Assembly (NCBI GenBank): GCA_029782145.1
Contig: JAKOVH010000026.1
Coordinates: forward strand, 491,389-555,388
Direction of reading: 5' to 3'
From: Actinomycetes bacterium
GTDB taxonomy: Bacteria > Actinomycetota > Acidimicrobiia > Acidimicrobiales > Acidimicrobilacustridaceae
DNA: 64,000 nt
Shown: positions 32,571 through 43,344 of the stretch, one piece after another
How the letters are laid out: each line of letters starts with the position of its first letter
Numbering within the stretch: the stretch's first letter is position 1
Position numbers and translations under genes: made by a program
Notes under the pieces: model-generated
The model's database searches: none
What the model was told of the DNA's origin: nothing
What the model saw: only the letters and a program-made list of their open reading frames with translations

Positions 32571-34862
32571 GTGGCGCCCGAGCGTCCGCACCGCGACCGG
32601 GCCCCGGAGCTGGTGGAGGGGCACGTGGCCGATGTCGGCGGCATCCCGGTGCGCCGGCTCCTTCCCCGGGCCGTGCGCCGCACGGTGGGGGCGTGGTGCT
32701 TCGTCGACCACGCGGGGCCGCTCGACGCGTCCCACGGCACCATGCAGGTGGGCCCGCACCCCCACACCGGCCTGCACACCGTCACGTGGATGGTGGAGGG
32801 GGAGCTCGTCCACCACGACAGCCTCGGCAACGAGCAGCCGCTGCGCCCGGGCCAGGTCAACCTCATGACCGCCGGCCACGGGGTGGCCCACGCCGAGATG
32901 GTGCCGGGCCGCGCCGCCGGGCGCCAGCAGCTGGTGCAGCTGTGGGTCGCCCAGCCCGAGGCCACCCGGCACGGTGCCGCCGACTTCGAGCACCACGCCG
33001 AGCCGCCCGTGCTCGAGACCGCGGCGCTCAGCGCCACCGTGCTGGTCGGCCAGCTGGGTGAGGTCGTGTCGCCCGCTCGCGCCGACACGCCCATCGTCGG
33101 CGCCGACCTGGTGGTGCGGTCGGCCGTCGAGCTGCCCCTCCACGCGGGCTTCGAGCACGCCGCGCTCGCCCTCGACGCTCCCGTGCTGGTCGACGGCGTG
33201 GTCGTCGAGCCGGGCACCCTCGCCTACCTGCCGCCGGGCGGCGACGAGGTGGCGCTCGGCCCCGGACCCGGCTCGGGCTCGTCGAGCGGCCGGGTGGTCC
33301 TGCTCGGCGGCGAGCCGTTCGGTGAGCGCCTCGCCATGTTCTGGAACTTCGTGGCCCGCACCCGCGACGAGCTCGAGGAGATGGCCGCCGACTGGGCCAG
33401 CGGCGATCCCCGCTTCGGTCCCGTGGGCGGCGGGCTGCCCCGGATCCCCGTGCCGTCGATGGGCCCCCGCTCCCGGTCCCCGTCCACCCCTGCCCATCCC
33501 CGTTCTGGTGGAGATCTACTGGCCCATGTGACCGGAGATCTCCACCAGAACGGGGAGGATGGAGGCGAGCGCCCTCGCCGTGGAGGGTCAGGCGGGCTCG
33601 CGGGGCAGGTCGAAGCGGTCGAGGTAGCGCGAGAGGCGCTCGTCGAGGGGACCGCGTTCCAGGCCGAACTCGGCGAGGGAGTAGGTGTGGGTGCCGTGCC
33701 GGCCCTGGGAGTGGTCGGCCCGGTGGCGCTCCATGGCGGCCTCGGCCTCGGGGGTGAGCTGGCGCCCGACCCGCTCGTAGATGCGCCGGACGCACCCGAT
33801 GGGATCGGCCAGCAGATCCTGGTAGGCGATGTCGACGAAGCGGTCGTCGCCGTGGGCCTGGCGGAAGTCGACGATGCGGTCGAGGATCGTCGCCAGCCAC
33901 TCCGGCCACTCACGTGCGATCTGCGAGCGGAAGTCGTGGTCGGTGAACGTGCCCGACAGGCACTCGGTGAGGCTGAGCGTGGAGGCGATGCAGCGAGCCG
34001 GGTCGCGGTGGGTCTGCACGAACACCGCCTCGGGGTAGGCGGCGGCCACCGTCTCCATGGCGTAACCGTGCACCGGCGACTTCAGCTGCCACGGGCCGGG
34101 GCAGCGCGACTGGAGCACCTGCAGCACCTGCCGGTGGTAGTCGTAGGCGGCGGTGAGGTCGGTCGAGAGCAGCCAGTCGGCGTAGCCGTCGACGTTGAAC
34201 ATGTTCTGCAGCGAGATGCTGGCGAAGTGCTGGCTGAGCGGCACCGCGCACTCCACCGGGTCCTCGGGCTCGTCGTGGTGGATCGCCTTGAAGTGCGGGT
34301 TGATCAGCTCGAGCATGTTGCCGCCGTCCCGGGCGGCGAGGTAGCGCGAGTCGCTCCAGTAACCGTCGGCCGACGGGGGCGGAACGGAGTCCTGGGCCTC
34401 CCACTGGCGCAGCGACCGGCTGTGGGGATCGGCGCCGAGCAGGTGGCTGAGCGCCGTGGTCCCGGTGCGCGACAGGCCGACCACGACGATCTGCACCTCG
34501 GGGAGGGCGCCGGCGTCGGCGGGGTGGGCCCGCAGCCACTCGGTGACCTTCAACCGGTTGGCCAGCGCGCCCCGCACCGTGCTGTCGAACGCCGCCACGC
34601 CGATGTCGTTCAGCCGTGCCGTGCCGATGCCGGCGGCCAGCACGTCGAGCCCGTCGCGGAACGAGGGGTGTCCATAGTCGTCGAGGCCGACCTCGGCGGC
34701 GACCTGCTCCAACGCCGCATCGACGTCGTACACGTTGATCCCCCTCGCTGCTGCCGATGGCGCCGCCCGTCGTCGCGGAACGTAGCAGCCGTCGCGGCGC
34801 AGCGGTCCGCCGGTCCCTTCGGCCGCGTCTCCCGGGCCCGGAACCGGGTAGTCACCGCGTGA
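32571..34862 (+). CDS. Pirin-family protein; only roughly the first 300 aa are pirin-like, and the ORF has no in-frame stop before 34862
   Basis: Pirin motifs (HPHTGLHTVTWMVEGELVHHDS, MTAGHGVAHAE) end near 33470. The frame then stays open through a REP-like hairpin (33497-33555) and runs antisense across the sulfotransferase. The true 3' end is unresolved. Confidence 0.5.
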   Translation: MAPERPHRDRAPELVEGHVADVGGIPVRRLLPRAVRRTVGAWCFVDHAGPLDASHGTMQVGPHPHTGLHTVTWMVEGELVHHDSLGNEQPLRPGQVNLMTAGHGVAHAEMVPGRAAGRQQLVQLWVAQPEATRHGAADFEHHAEPPVLETAALSATVLVGQLGEVVSPARADTPIVGADLVVRSAVELPLHAGFEHAALALDAPVLVDGVVVEPGTLAYLPPGGDEVALGPGPGSGSSSGRVVLLGGEPFGERLAMFWNFVARTRDELEEMAADWASGDPRFGPVGGGLPRIPVPSMGPRSRSPSTPAHPRSGGDLLAHVTGDLHQNGEDGGERPRRGGSGGLAGQVEAVEVAREALVEGTAFQAELGEGVGVGAVPALGVVGPVALHGGLGLGGELAPDPLVDAPDAPDGIGQQILVGDVDEAVVAVGLAEVDDAVEDRRQPLRPLTCDLRAEVVVGERARQALGEAERGGDAASRVAVGLHEHRLGVGGGHRLHGVTVHRRLQLPRAGAARLEHLQHLPVVVVGGGEVGREQPVGVAVDVEHVLQRDAGEVLAERHRALHRVLGLVVVDRLEVRVDQLEHVAAVPGGEVARVAPVTVGRRGRNGVLGLPLAQRPAVGIGAEQVAERRGPGARQADHDDLHLGEGAGVGGVGPQPLGDLQPVGQRAPHRAVERRHADVVQPCRADAGGQHVEPVAERGVSIVVEADLGGDLLQRRIDVVHVDPPRCCRWRRPSSRNVAAVAAQRSAGPFGRVSRARNRVVTA
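33497..33555. repeat. REP-like family B hairpin (CCCCGTTCTGGTGGAGATCT ... AGATCTCCACCAGAACGGGG)
   Basis: 20-nt perfect inverted arms with an 18-nt loop, at the pirin / sulfotransferase convergent junction. Same core as the element at 28815-28911. Confidence 0.85.
33588..34733 (-). CDS. Sulfotransferase-family protein (Stf0-like, PAPS-dependent)
   Basis: 5'-PSB loop (VVGLSRTGTTALSHLL) and 3'-PB region. No ATG is available; GTG at 34733 gives about 381 aa. Start is uncertain. Confidence 0.75.
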   Translation of the reverse strand: MYDVDAALEQVAAEVGLDDYGHPSFRDGLDVLAAGIGTARLNDIGVAAFDSTVRGALANRLKVTEWLRAHPADAGALPEVQIVVVGLSRTGTTALSHLLGADPHSRSLRQWEAQDSVPPPSADGYWSDSRYLAARDGGNMLELINPHFKAIHHDEPEDPVECAVPLSQHFASISLQNMFNVDGYADWLLSTDLTAAYDYHRQVLQVLQSRCPGPWQLKSPVHGYAMETVAAAYPEAVFVQTHRDPARCIASTLSLTECLSGTFTDHDFRSQIAREWPEWLATILDRIVDFRQAHGDDRFVDIAYQDLLADPIGCVRRIYERVGRQLTPEAEAAMERHRADHSQGRHGTHTYSLAEFGLERGPLDERLSRYLDRFDLPREPA

Positions 34863-34883
34863 CCGCGACCAGGAGGTGCCGTC

Positions 34884-35258
34884 ATGGCAGAACGCCAGGA
34901 CCACGCCGTCATCGAGGACGACGACGTCAAGTACTCCCAGCACATCGACAGCCCCGACGATCGTCCCGAGCGAGCAGGGCGCAGCCTCGTCACTCGCAAC
35001 CACGAGGTGATCCGCGGCTGGGCCGAGGAGAGGGGGGCCACTCCCGCGTCGGTCGACGGCAGCGAGCACGACGGCCACCTGGGCGTGCTGCGCTTCGACT
35101 TCCCCGGCGGGTCGACCGACCTCGTCGAGGTCAGCTGGGACGAGTGGTTCGAGGCCTTCGACGCCCGCCGCCTCAACTTCATCTACCAGGAGACCACGAC
35201 CGACGGGAACCAGAGCAACTTCTTCCGGCTGGAGAACCCCGGGCGCGACGACGCCTGA
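34884..35258 (+). CDS. Hypothetical acidic protein (124 aa)
   Basis: AGGAGG Shine-Dalgarno sequence 8 nt upstream of the ATG, high GC3. No recognisable family. Confidence 0.6.
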   Translation: MAERQDHAVIEDDDVKYSQHIDSPDDRPERAGRSLVTRNHEVIRGWAEERGATPASVDGSEHDGHLGVLRFDFPGGSTDLVEVSWDEWFEAFDARRLNFIYQETTTDGNQSNFFRLENPGRDDA

Positions 35259-35353
35259 GCAGCGGCCTCCGAGTGGTGCGGAACGGCGCCGGCCGCCGAT
35301 GATCTGTCAGACTGGCTGACAGCACTCGGCCGATCGCCGCTCCTGGAGGCCTG

Positions 35354-36178
35354 ATGGACGTCACGCTGCTGGGCACGGGGAGCCCCATCCCCGATCCGAA
35401 CCGGGCCGGTCCCGCGACGCTGGTGCGGGCCGGCGCGACCACCCTGCTCGTCGACGCCGGACGGGCGGTGCTGATGCGGCTGGCCGGCGCCGGGGTGCTG
35501 CCGCCCATGCTGAGCGCCGTGCTGCTCACCCACCTCCACAGCGACCACCTCACCGACCTCAACGACGTGGTCACGACCCGGTGGGTGATGAGCCCGGCGC
35601 CCAACCCGCTCACGGTCTACGGCCCGGTGGGCACCCGACAGGTGGTCGAGGGGATGATGGCGATGCTGGCGCCCGACGTCGGCTATCGGCTCGCCCACCA
35701 CGACGACCTCACCGAGCCGCCGGCCGTGGAGGTGGTGGAAGTCGCCCCGGGTGACGAACTGACCGTGGGCGAGGTCAGGGTGCTCGTCGGCGGCACCGAC
35801 CACCGGCCGGTCGAGCCAACCGTCGGGTACCGCGTGGAGCACGACGGCGCGACCGTCGTGCTGGGTGGCGACGGCGTGCCGTGCGCCGGGCTCGACGCGC
35901 TGTGTGCCGGCGCCGACGCCTACGTGCAGACCGTGCTGCGCGACGACATGGTGCGCATGGTGCCGATGGCGCGGTTCCACGACATCCTCGACTACCACTC
36001 CTCGGTCGAGCAGGCGGCGCAGACCGCGGCGAGGGCAGGGGTGCGGGTGCTCGTGCTCACCCACTACATCCCCGGCATCCCGCCGGGGCAGGAGGCCGAG
36101 TGGCGGGCCCGGGCCGCCGCCCACTTCGAGGGCGAGGTCGTGCTCGGCGACGACCTCACGTCGGTGAGCCTCGCCTGA
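35354..36178 (+). CDS. MBL-fold metallo-hydrolase (RNase Z/lactonase-like)
   Basis: HLHSDH metal-binding motif. 274 aa. Confidence 0.85.
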   Translation: MDVTLLGTGSPIPDPNRAGPATLVRAGATTLLVDAGRAVLMRLAGAGVLPPMLSAVLLTHLHSDHLTDLNDVVTTRWVMSPAPNPLTVYGPVGTRQVVEGMMAMLAPDVGYRLAHHDDLTEPPAVEVVEVAPGDELTVGEVRVLVGGTDHRPVEPTVGYRVEHDGATVVLGGDGVPCAGLDALCAGADAYVQTVLRDDMVRMVPMARFHDILDYHSSVEQAAQTAARAGVRVLVLTHYIPGIPPGQEAEWRARAAAHFEGEVVLGDDLTSVSLA

Positions 36179-36215
36179 GCAACACGGGCCGCAGCGTCGC
36201 GGGCACCATGGACGC

Positions 36216-36938
36216 ATGGCCGATCCCCTGCTGGAGACGATCACCCTCGACACGCCTGATGGTCCGATGGCCGCCTTCCGTGCGCAGCCCGTCGGCGAGC
36301 CGCGCGGCGGTGTCGTCGTCGTGCAGGAGGCGTTCGGCCTCACCGGGCACATCGGCCGGGTCACCCAGGCGCTGGCCTCGGCCGGCTTCGTCGGCGTGGC
36401 GCCGGCGTTGTTCCACCGGATGGAGGAGCAGGTCTTCGACTACGCCGGCGGCTTCGAACGGCTCGGGCCCGCCATGGCATCGCTCGACGCCGGCACCGTC
36501 ACCATGGACGTCGACGCCGCGCTGGCCGAGCTCGCCCGCCTCGGCCAACCGTCGAGCCGGCAGGGAGTGATCGGGTTCTGCATGGGCGGCAGCGTCACCC
36601 TCGCCACCGCGGCGCGGGTCGCGCTCGGCGCCGCCGTGACGTTCTACGGCGGCGGCATCGGCCAGGGCCGCTTCGGCCTTCCCAGCGGCCTCGAGTCCGC
36701 GTCCTCGCTGCGCACTCCCTGGCTCGGCCTGTACGGCGACCTCGACGCCCACATCCCCGTCGACGACGTCGAGCGGCTGCGTGCCGTGGTCGCCGAGGCG
36801 GCCGTCGACGCCGAGGTCGTCCGCTACGCCACCGCCCACCACGGGTTCCACTGCGACGAGCGGCCGTCGTTCGACGCCGAGGCGTCGAACGATGCGTGGC
36901 GCCGCACCCTCGCCTTCCTCGGTGACCACCTTCGCTGA
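36216..36938 (+). CDS. Dienelactone hydrolase-family protein
   Basis: Nucleophile elbow (GFCMGG) and the C-terminal His of the catalytic triad (HHGF). 240 aa. Confidence 0.85.
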   Translation: MADPLLETITLDTPDGPMAAFRAQPVGEPRGGVVVVQEAFGLTGHIGRVTQALASAGFVGVAPALFHRMEEQVFDYAGGFERLGPAMASLDAGTVTMDVDAALAELARLGQPSSRQGVIGFCMGGSVTLATAARVALGAAVTFYGGGIGQGRFGLPSGLESASSLRTPWLGLYGDLDAHIPVDDVERLRAVVAEAAVDAEVVRYATAHHGFHCDERPSFDAEASNDAWRRTLAFLGDHLR

Positions 36939-37040
36939 CCCGCCGCTCGTCCGGGCAGCGCGGCGGTCTGGTCCACACGACGGTCTGCCTCCACGCGCGA
37001 TCGGGTAGCGCGCGACCCGGACGATCGCCGAGGAGGCTCC

Positions 37041-38087
37041 ATGACCGCGACCATCGACGAGCGTGCGACCAGCACAGCACCCCAGTTCGGCTACACGTTG
37101 ATGTCGGAGCTGCGAGACCCGAAGGCCCTCGTGGCCGAAGCGGTGCGGGCGGAGGACGCGGGCTTCGACTTCGCCGTGCAGTCCGACCACTTCCACCCGT
37201 GGCTCGAGAGCCACGGCCACAGCCCGTTCGCGTGGAGCGTGCTCGGGGCGGTGGCCCAGGCGACCGACGCCATGTCGCTGGCCACCATGGTCACCTGCCC
37301 CTTCGGGCGCTACCACCCGGCGATCGTCGCTCAGGCGGCGGCGACCCTCGCCGTGCTCAACGACGGCCGGTTCACGCTCGGCTTGGGCGCCGGCGAGCGC
37401 CTCAACGAGCACGTCGTTGGCGCGGGCTGGCCACCGATCGACGTCCGGCACGAGCAGCTCGCCGAGTCGATCGACGTCATCCGGCGCCTGTGGTCGGGTC
37501 GGTGGGTCACCTATCGGGGCCGGCACGTCACCGTCGAGGACGCCCGACTGTTCGACCTGCCCGACACGCCGCCGGACATCTACGTGGGCGTGAGCGGCCC
37601 GGCGGGCGTGCAGCTGGCGCTGGCCGAGGGGACCGGCATCTGCGCCATCGAGCCGTTGGCGCCGCTGGTGCAGCGCTACACCGACGGAGGGGGAGCGCCC
37701 GCCCGCGTGTGGGGCCAGATCCCCGTGTCGTGGGACCGAGACCGGGATCGGGCCCGGGAGCTGGCCCGCGACCGCTTCCGGTTCGGGCTTCCGGGTTGGA
37801 AGGTGATGTCGGAGCTGCCCAACATCGTCAACTTCGAGGCCGCGACCAAGGACGTGACGGCGGACCAGGTCGCCGAACAGGTCCCCTGCGGCGACGACGC
37901 CGGTGCGGTGCTCCGGGCGGTCGAGGCCTACGTCGAGGCCGGCTTCACCAACATCGCGCTGGTGCAGGTCGGTGACGACATGGACCGGTTCTTCGACGCC
38001 TGGCAGCGTGAGCTGGCACCCGAGCTGCTTCGGCGGCGGACCGGCGAGCCGTCCGGCGACGGCAGCCGGACGGCAGCGGGGCGCTGA
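37041..38087 (+). CDS. Luciferase-like monooxygenase (LLM) family flavin/F420-dependent oxidoreductase
   Basis: LLM TIM-barrel N-terminus (DAGFDFAVQSDHFHPW). 348 aa. Confidence 0.8.
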   Translation: MTATIDERATSTAPQFGYTLMSELRDPKALVAEAVRAEDAGFDFAVQSDHFHPWLESHGHSPFAWSVLGAVAQATDAMSLATMVTCPFGRYHPAIVAQAAATLAVLNDGRFTLGLGAGERLNEHVVGAGWPPIDVRHEQLAESIDVIRRLWSGRWVTYRGRHVTVEDARLFDLPDTPPDIYVGVSGPAGVQLALAEGTGICAIEPLAPLVQRYTDGGGAPARVWGQIPVSWDRDRDRARELARDRFRFGLPGWKVMSELPNIVNFEAATKDVTADQVAEQVPCGDDAGAVLRAVEAYVEAGFTNIALVQVGDDMDRFFDAWQRELAPELLRRRTGEPSGDGSRTAAGR

Positions 38088-38127
38088 GGTTCTGAGCCGG
38101 CAAACGTCCGGGTATGGTCGGCGGGCC

Positions 38128-38931
38128 ATGGCCGAACCCCATCACCCGGACGCCACGACGGGCACCGCCCCGACGGGCACCACCGCGACAGCCGTGGACC
38201 CCGACCCGTTCGAGAGCTACGAGCGCGCGCGCCCACTTCCCGTCGGGCGGCCGTGGGTCGTGGCCAACATGGTCGCCGGCCTCGACGGGTCGTTGGCGTG
38301 GAACGGGCAGGTGGGCGCCCTGTCGAGCGGCACCGACCGGTCCCTGTTCGTCCGCCTGCGGGGCCTCGCCGACGCCGTGATCGTTGGGGCCGGCACCGTG
38401 CGGGCCGAGGGCTACGGCCCGGTGAAGCTGCCCACGGCGCGCCGGGCGCAGCGCTCGGCTGCCGGGCGCAGCGAGGTGCCCCCGCTCGTGGTGGTGAGCC
38501 GCAGCCTGGACTTCGACTGGGACCAGCCGCTGTGGGCCGACGACGTGGTGCCGCGGCCGATCATCGTCACCGCCGGGACGGCGCCCGCCGCGCGGCGAGC
38601 GCAGGCCGAGCGCCGGGCCGAGGTGCTGGTGGCGGGGGAGGGCACGGTCGACCTCGCCGCCGCGCTGGCGCAGCTGCGGGGCCGGGGGATGCGCACGGTG
38701 CTGACCGAAGGCGGGCCGACCCTGCTCGACGAGCTGGTGGCCGCCGGGCTGCTCGACGAGCTGTGCCTCACCCTGACCCCGGTGTTCGGCGGTGACCCGC
38801 TGACGATGGCCCACCGGGCCCACCCGGCCGAGCGGCTGTCGTCGTTCACCCTCGAGGGCGTGGTGCGCACCGGCGACGAGCTCTACCTGCGCTACCTCCT
38901 GCGCCGTCCCGAGGGGGGGCCGGTCCCGTGA
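38128..38931 (+). CDS. RibD C-terminal-domain/dihydrofolate-reductase-family reductase
   Basis: VVANMVAGLDGSLAWNG and LTEGGPTLL motifs. An ATG in-frame inside a longer ORF. Confidence 0.75.
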   Translation: MAEPHHPDATTGTAPTGTTATAVDPDPFESYERARPLPVGRPWVVANMVAGLDGSLAWNGQVGALSSGTDRSLFVRLRGLADAVIVGAGTVRAEGYGPVKLPTARRAQRSAAGRSEVPPLVVVSRSLDFDWDQPLWADDVVPRPIIVTAGTAPAARRAQAERRAEVLVAGEGTVDLAAALAQLRGRGMRTVLTEGGPTLLDELVAAGLLDELCLTLTPVFGGDPLTMAHRAHPAERLSSFTLEGVVRTGDELYLRYLLRRPEGGPVP

Positions 38932-39031
38932 GGGCGACGACGCTCCCCGCGACGGTCCGACCAGCGCGGTGTCGATGGCAGCGAGGACAGCAGCGAAACG
39001 AGCAGCGAGGCGAGCAGCGAGGCGAGCACCG

Positions 39032-39556
39032 ATGACCGAACCGGACGACGACACCACGAGCCGCTTCAACGACCTCATGGGCCGCCTCGACCACCCCATG
39101 GCGGTGGTGACGACGGCGTCGGGCGACGTGCGGGCGGGGTGCCTGGTGGGCTTCCACTCGCAGTGCGGCATCGATCCGCCCGCCTACGCCATCTGGCTGT
39201 CCAAGGCCAACCACACCTACCGCATCGGTGCCCTCGCCGACACCTTCGGCGTGCACCTCCTCGGCGCCGAGCACCGGCACCTCGCCGAGCTGTTCGGCAC
39301 CGCCACGGGCGACGACGTCGACAAGTTCGACCGGTGCTCGTGGGTGCCGGGACCGGCGGGCGTGCCGGTGCTCGAGGAGGTCCCGGACCGCTTCGTCGGC
39401 CGGCGCACCGCTCTGCTCGACCCGGGATGCGACCACGTCTGCATCGTGCTCAGCCCGCTCGACGCCCACGTCGGCGGAGGCGAGCTGCTGTCGTTCGGCC
39501 AGGTCGCCGGCCTCGACGCGGGCCACGCCGCCGAGGAGCGCCAGCTCCCGCAGTGA
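39032..39556 (+). CDS. Flavin reductase (NAD(P)H:FMN oxidoreductase, RutF/HpaC-like)
   Basis: Flavin_Reduct domain (MAVVTTASGDVRAGCLVGFHSQCGIDPP). The ORF opens at 38969 inside the GCAGCGAGG short repeats; ATG 39032 is preferred. Confidence 0.75.
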   Translation: MTEPDDDTTSRFNDLMGRLDHPMAVVTTASGDVRAGCLVGFHSQCGIDPPAYAIWLSKANHTYRIGALADTFGVHLLGAEHRHLAELFGTATGDDVDKFDRCSWVPGPAGVPVLEEVPDRFVGRRTALLDPGCDHVCIVLSPLDAHVGGGELLSFGQVAGLDAGHAAEERQLPQ

Positions 39557-39570
39557 GGTCGAGAACGAGC

Positions 39571-39603
39571 GACGCCCCCGGCCGGGGGGAGGCGGGGGGC
39601 GTC
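39571..39603. terminator. GC-rich hairpin after the flavin reductase gene
   Basis: GACGCCCCC-n14-GGGGGCGTC, beginning 15 nt after the stop codon. Confidence 0.45.
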
Positions 39604-39896
39604 GGATGGGCCGCTTCGGGAGGGGGGATCCCGGTACCGGCCAATGGCTTCTCGGGAGGGGGGATCCCGATGCCAACGAGGTCAGGATACGGAACGACGC
39701 CGTCCCGAAGCCAGCGTTTTGCCCGGTCAGCCGTCACAGTGACCCAGGTCATGGTTCAGGCTCCGGAGCCGACCGCATCGGCTGCGCGTCGCACGCCACG
39801 TGTCTAGGGCCCGTGCGGCGGGGGTACCTGAACAACCGGCGGGTCGAGCTCAGCGGCGGCCCGCCACCGTCCGCACCGCACCCCAGGAGGGCACCA

Positions 39897-40178
39897 ATGC
39901 TCTGGTTCATCATCAGTCTGCTGGTCATCGGCCTGGTCGCCGGATTCATCGCCCGGGCCCTGGTGCCCGGTCGTGACCCGATGGGCCTGGGCGGCACCCT
40001 GCTGCTCGGCATCATCGGCTCGTTCATCGGTGGCTTCCTCGGCTACGTCCTGTTCGGCAAGGACATCGAGGAGGGCGCCCTGCAGGCCTCCGGCATCATC
40101 GGATCGATCATCGGTGCGGTGCTCGCGCTGCTCGTCTACCGGGCCGTCACCCACCGGCGCGGGACCCTCGTGCGCTGA
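39897..40178 (+). CDS. GlsB/YeaQ/YmgE-family small membrane stress protein (transglycosylase-associated)
   Basis: Gly-rich TM repeats (GIIGSFIGGFLGY, GIIGSIIGAVLAL). AGGAGG Shine-Dalgarno sequence 7 nt upstream of the ATG. Confidence 0.85.
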   Translation: MLWFIISLLVIGLVAGFIARALVPGRDPMGLGGTLLLGIIGSFIGGFLGYVLFGKDIEEGALQASGIIGSIIGAVLALLVYRAVTHRRGTLVR

Positions 40179-40206
40179 AGCAGGTGGTCGCCGGTCCGTG
40201 AGCCGG

Positions 40207-42895
<2,689 letters not shown>

Positions 42896-42901
42896 ACGAC
42901 C

Positions 42902-43055
42902 GCTGGCTCGTTCGGTGGTCTCATGAGGTGATGGATCGAGCCACGGTCGGGTTCGCTGGCTCGATCGGTGGTCTCATGAGGTGATGCATCGAGCCACGGT
43001 CGGGTTCGTTGGCTCGATCGGTGGTCTCATGAGGTGATGGATCGAGCCAGCGGTC
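42902..43055. repeat. Tandem repeat of about 2.9 copies of a 53-bp unit, each copy a nested palindrome
   Basis: Each unit has GGCTCGATC...GATCGAGCC arms with CTCATGAG in the loop. It lies between the LLM stop and the stop of the convergent small gene. Confidence 0.85.
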
Positions 43056-43344
43056 AGGTGGTGGGGGGCTCGGGGTCGGCGGAGGCCTCGTCGAGCTTGG
43101 CCGCCACGGCCAGGCCGTAGGCCATGGCCGCCGCCCGGTTGTAGAGCTTGGCGAAGGCCTCCTGGGCCGGGCGCTCGACGGTGCGCAGCGGCGGCGCGCC
43201 GAGCGACAGCACCATGGCCGTGGGGTCGCCGGTGAGGCGCACGACCGGCGGGTCGTCGGCGGGCACCTCGCCCCAGAACTTGCGGGCGGCCTCCCGGTCG
43301 GCGTGCTGGCGCTTGGCGGCGGGGCGGCGGCGAGAGCGGCTCAT
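43054..43344 (-). CDS. Hypothetical basic protein (96 aa), translationally coupled to the SNF2 helicase
   Basis: ATGA overlap with the helicase stop, high GC3. No Cys residues, so not a SWIM zinc finger. Confidence 0.55.
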   Translation of the reverse strand: MSRSRRRPAAKRQHADREAARKFWGEVPADDPPVVRLTGDPTAMVLSLGAPPLRTVERPAQEAFAKLYNRAAAMAYGLAVAAKLDEASADPEPPTT

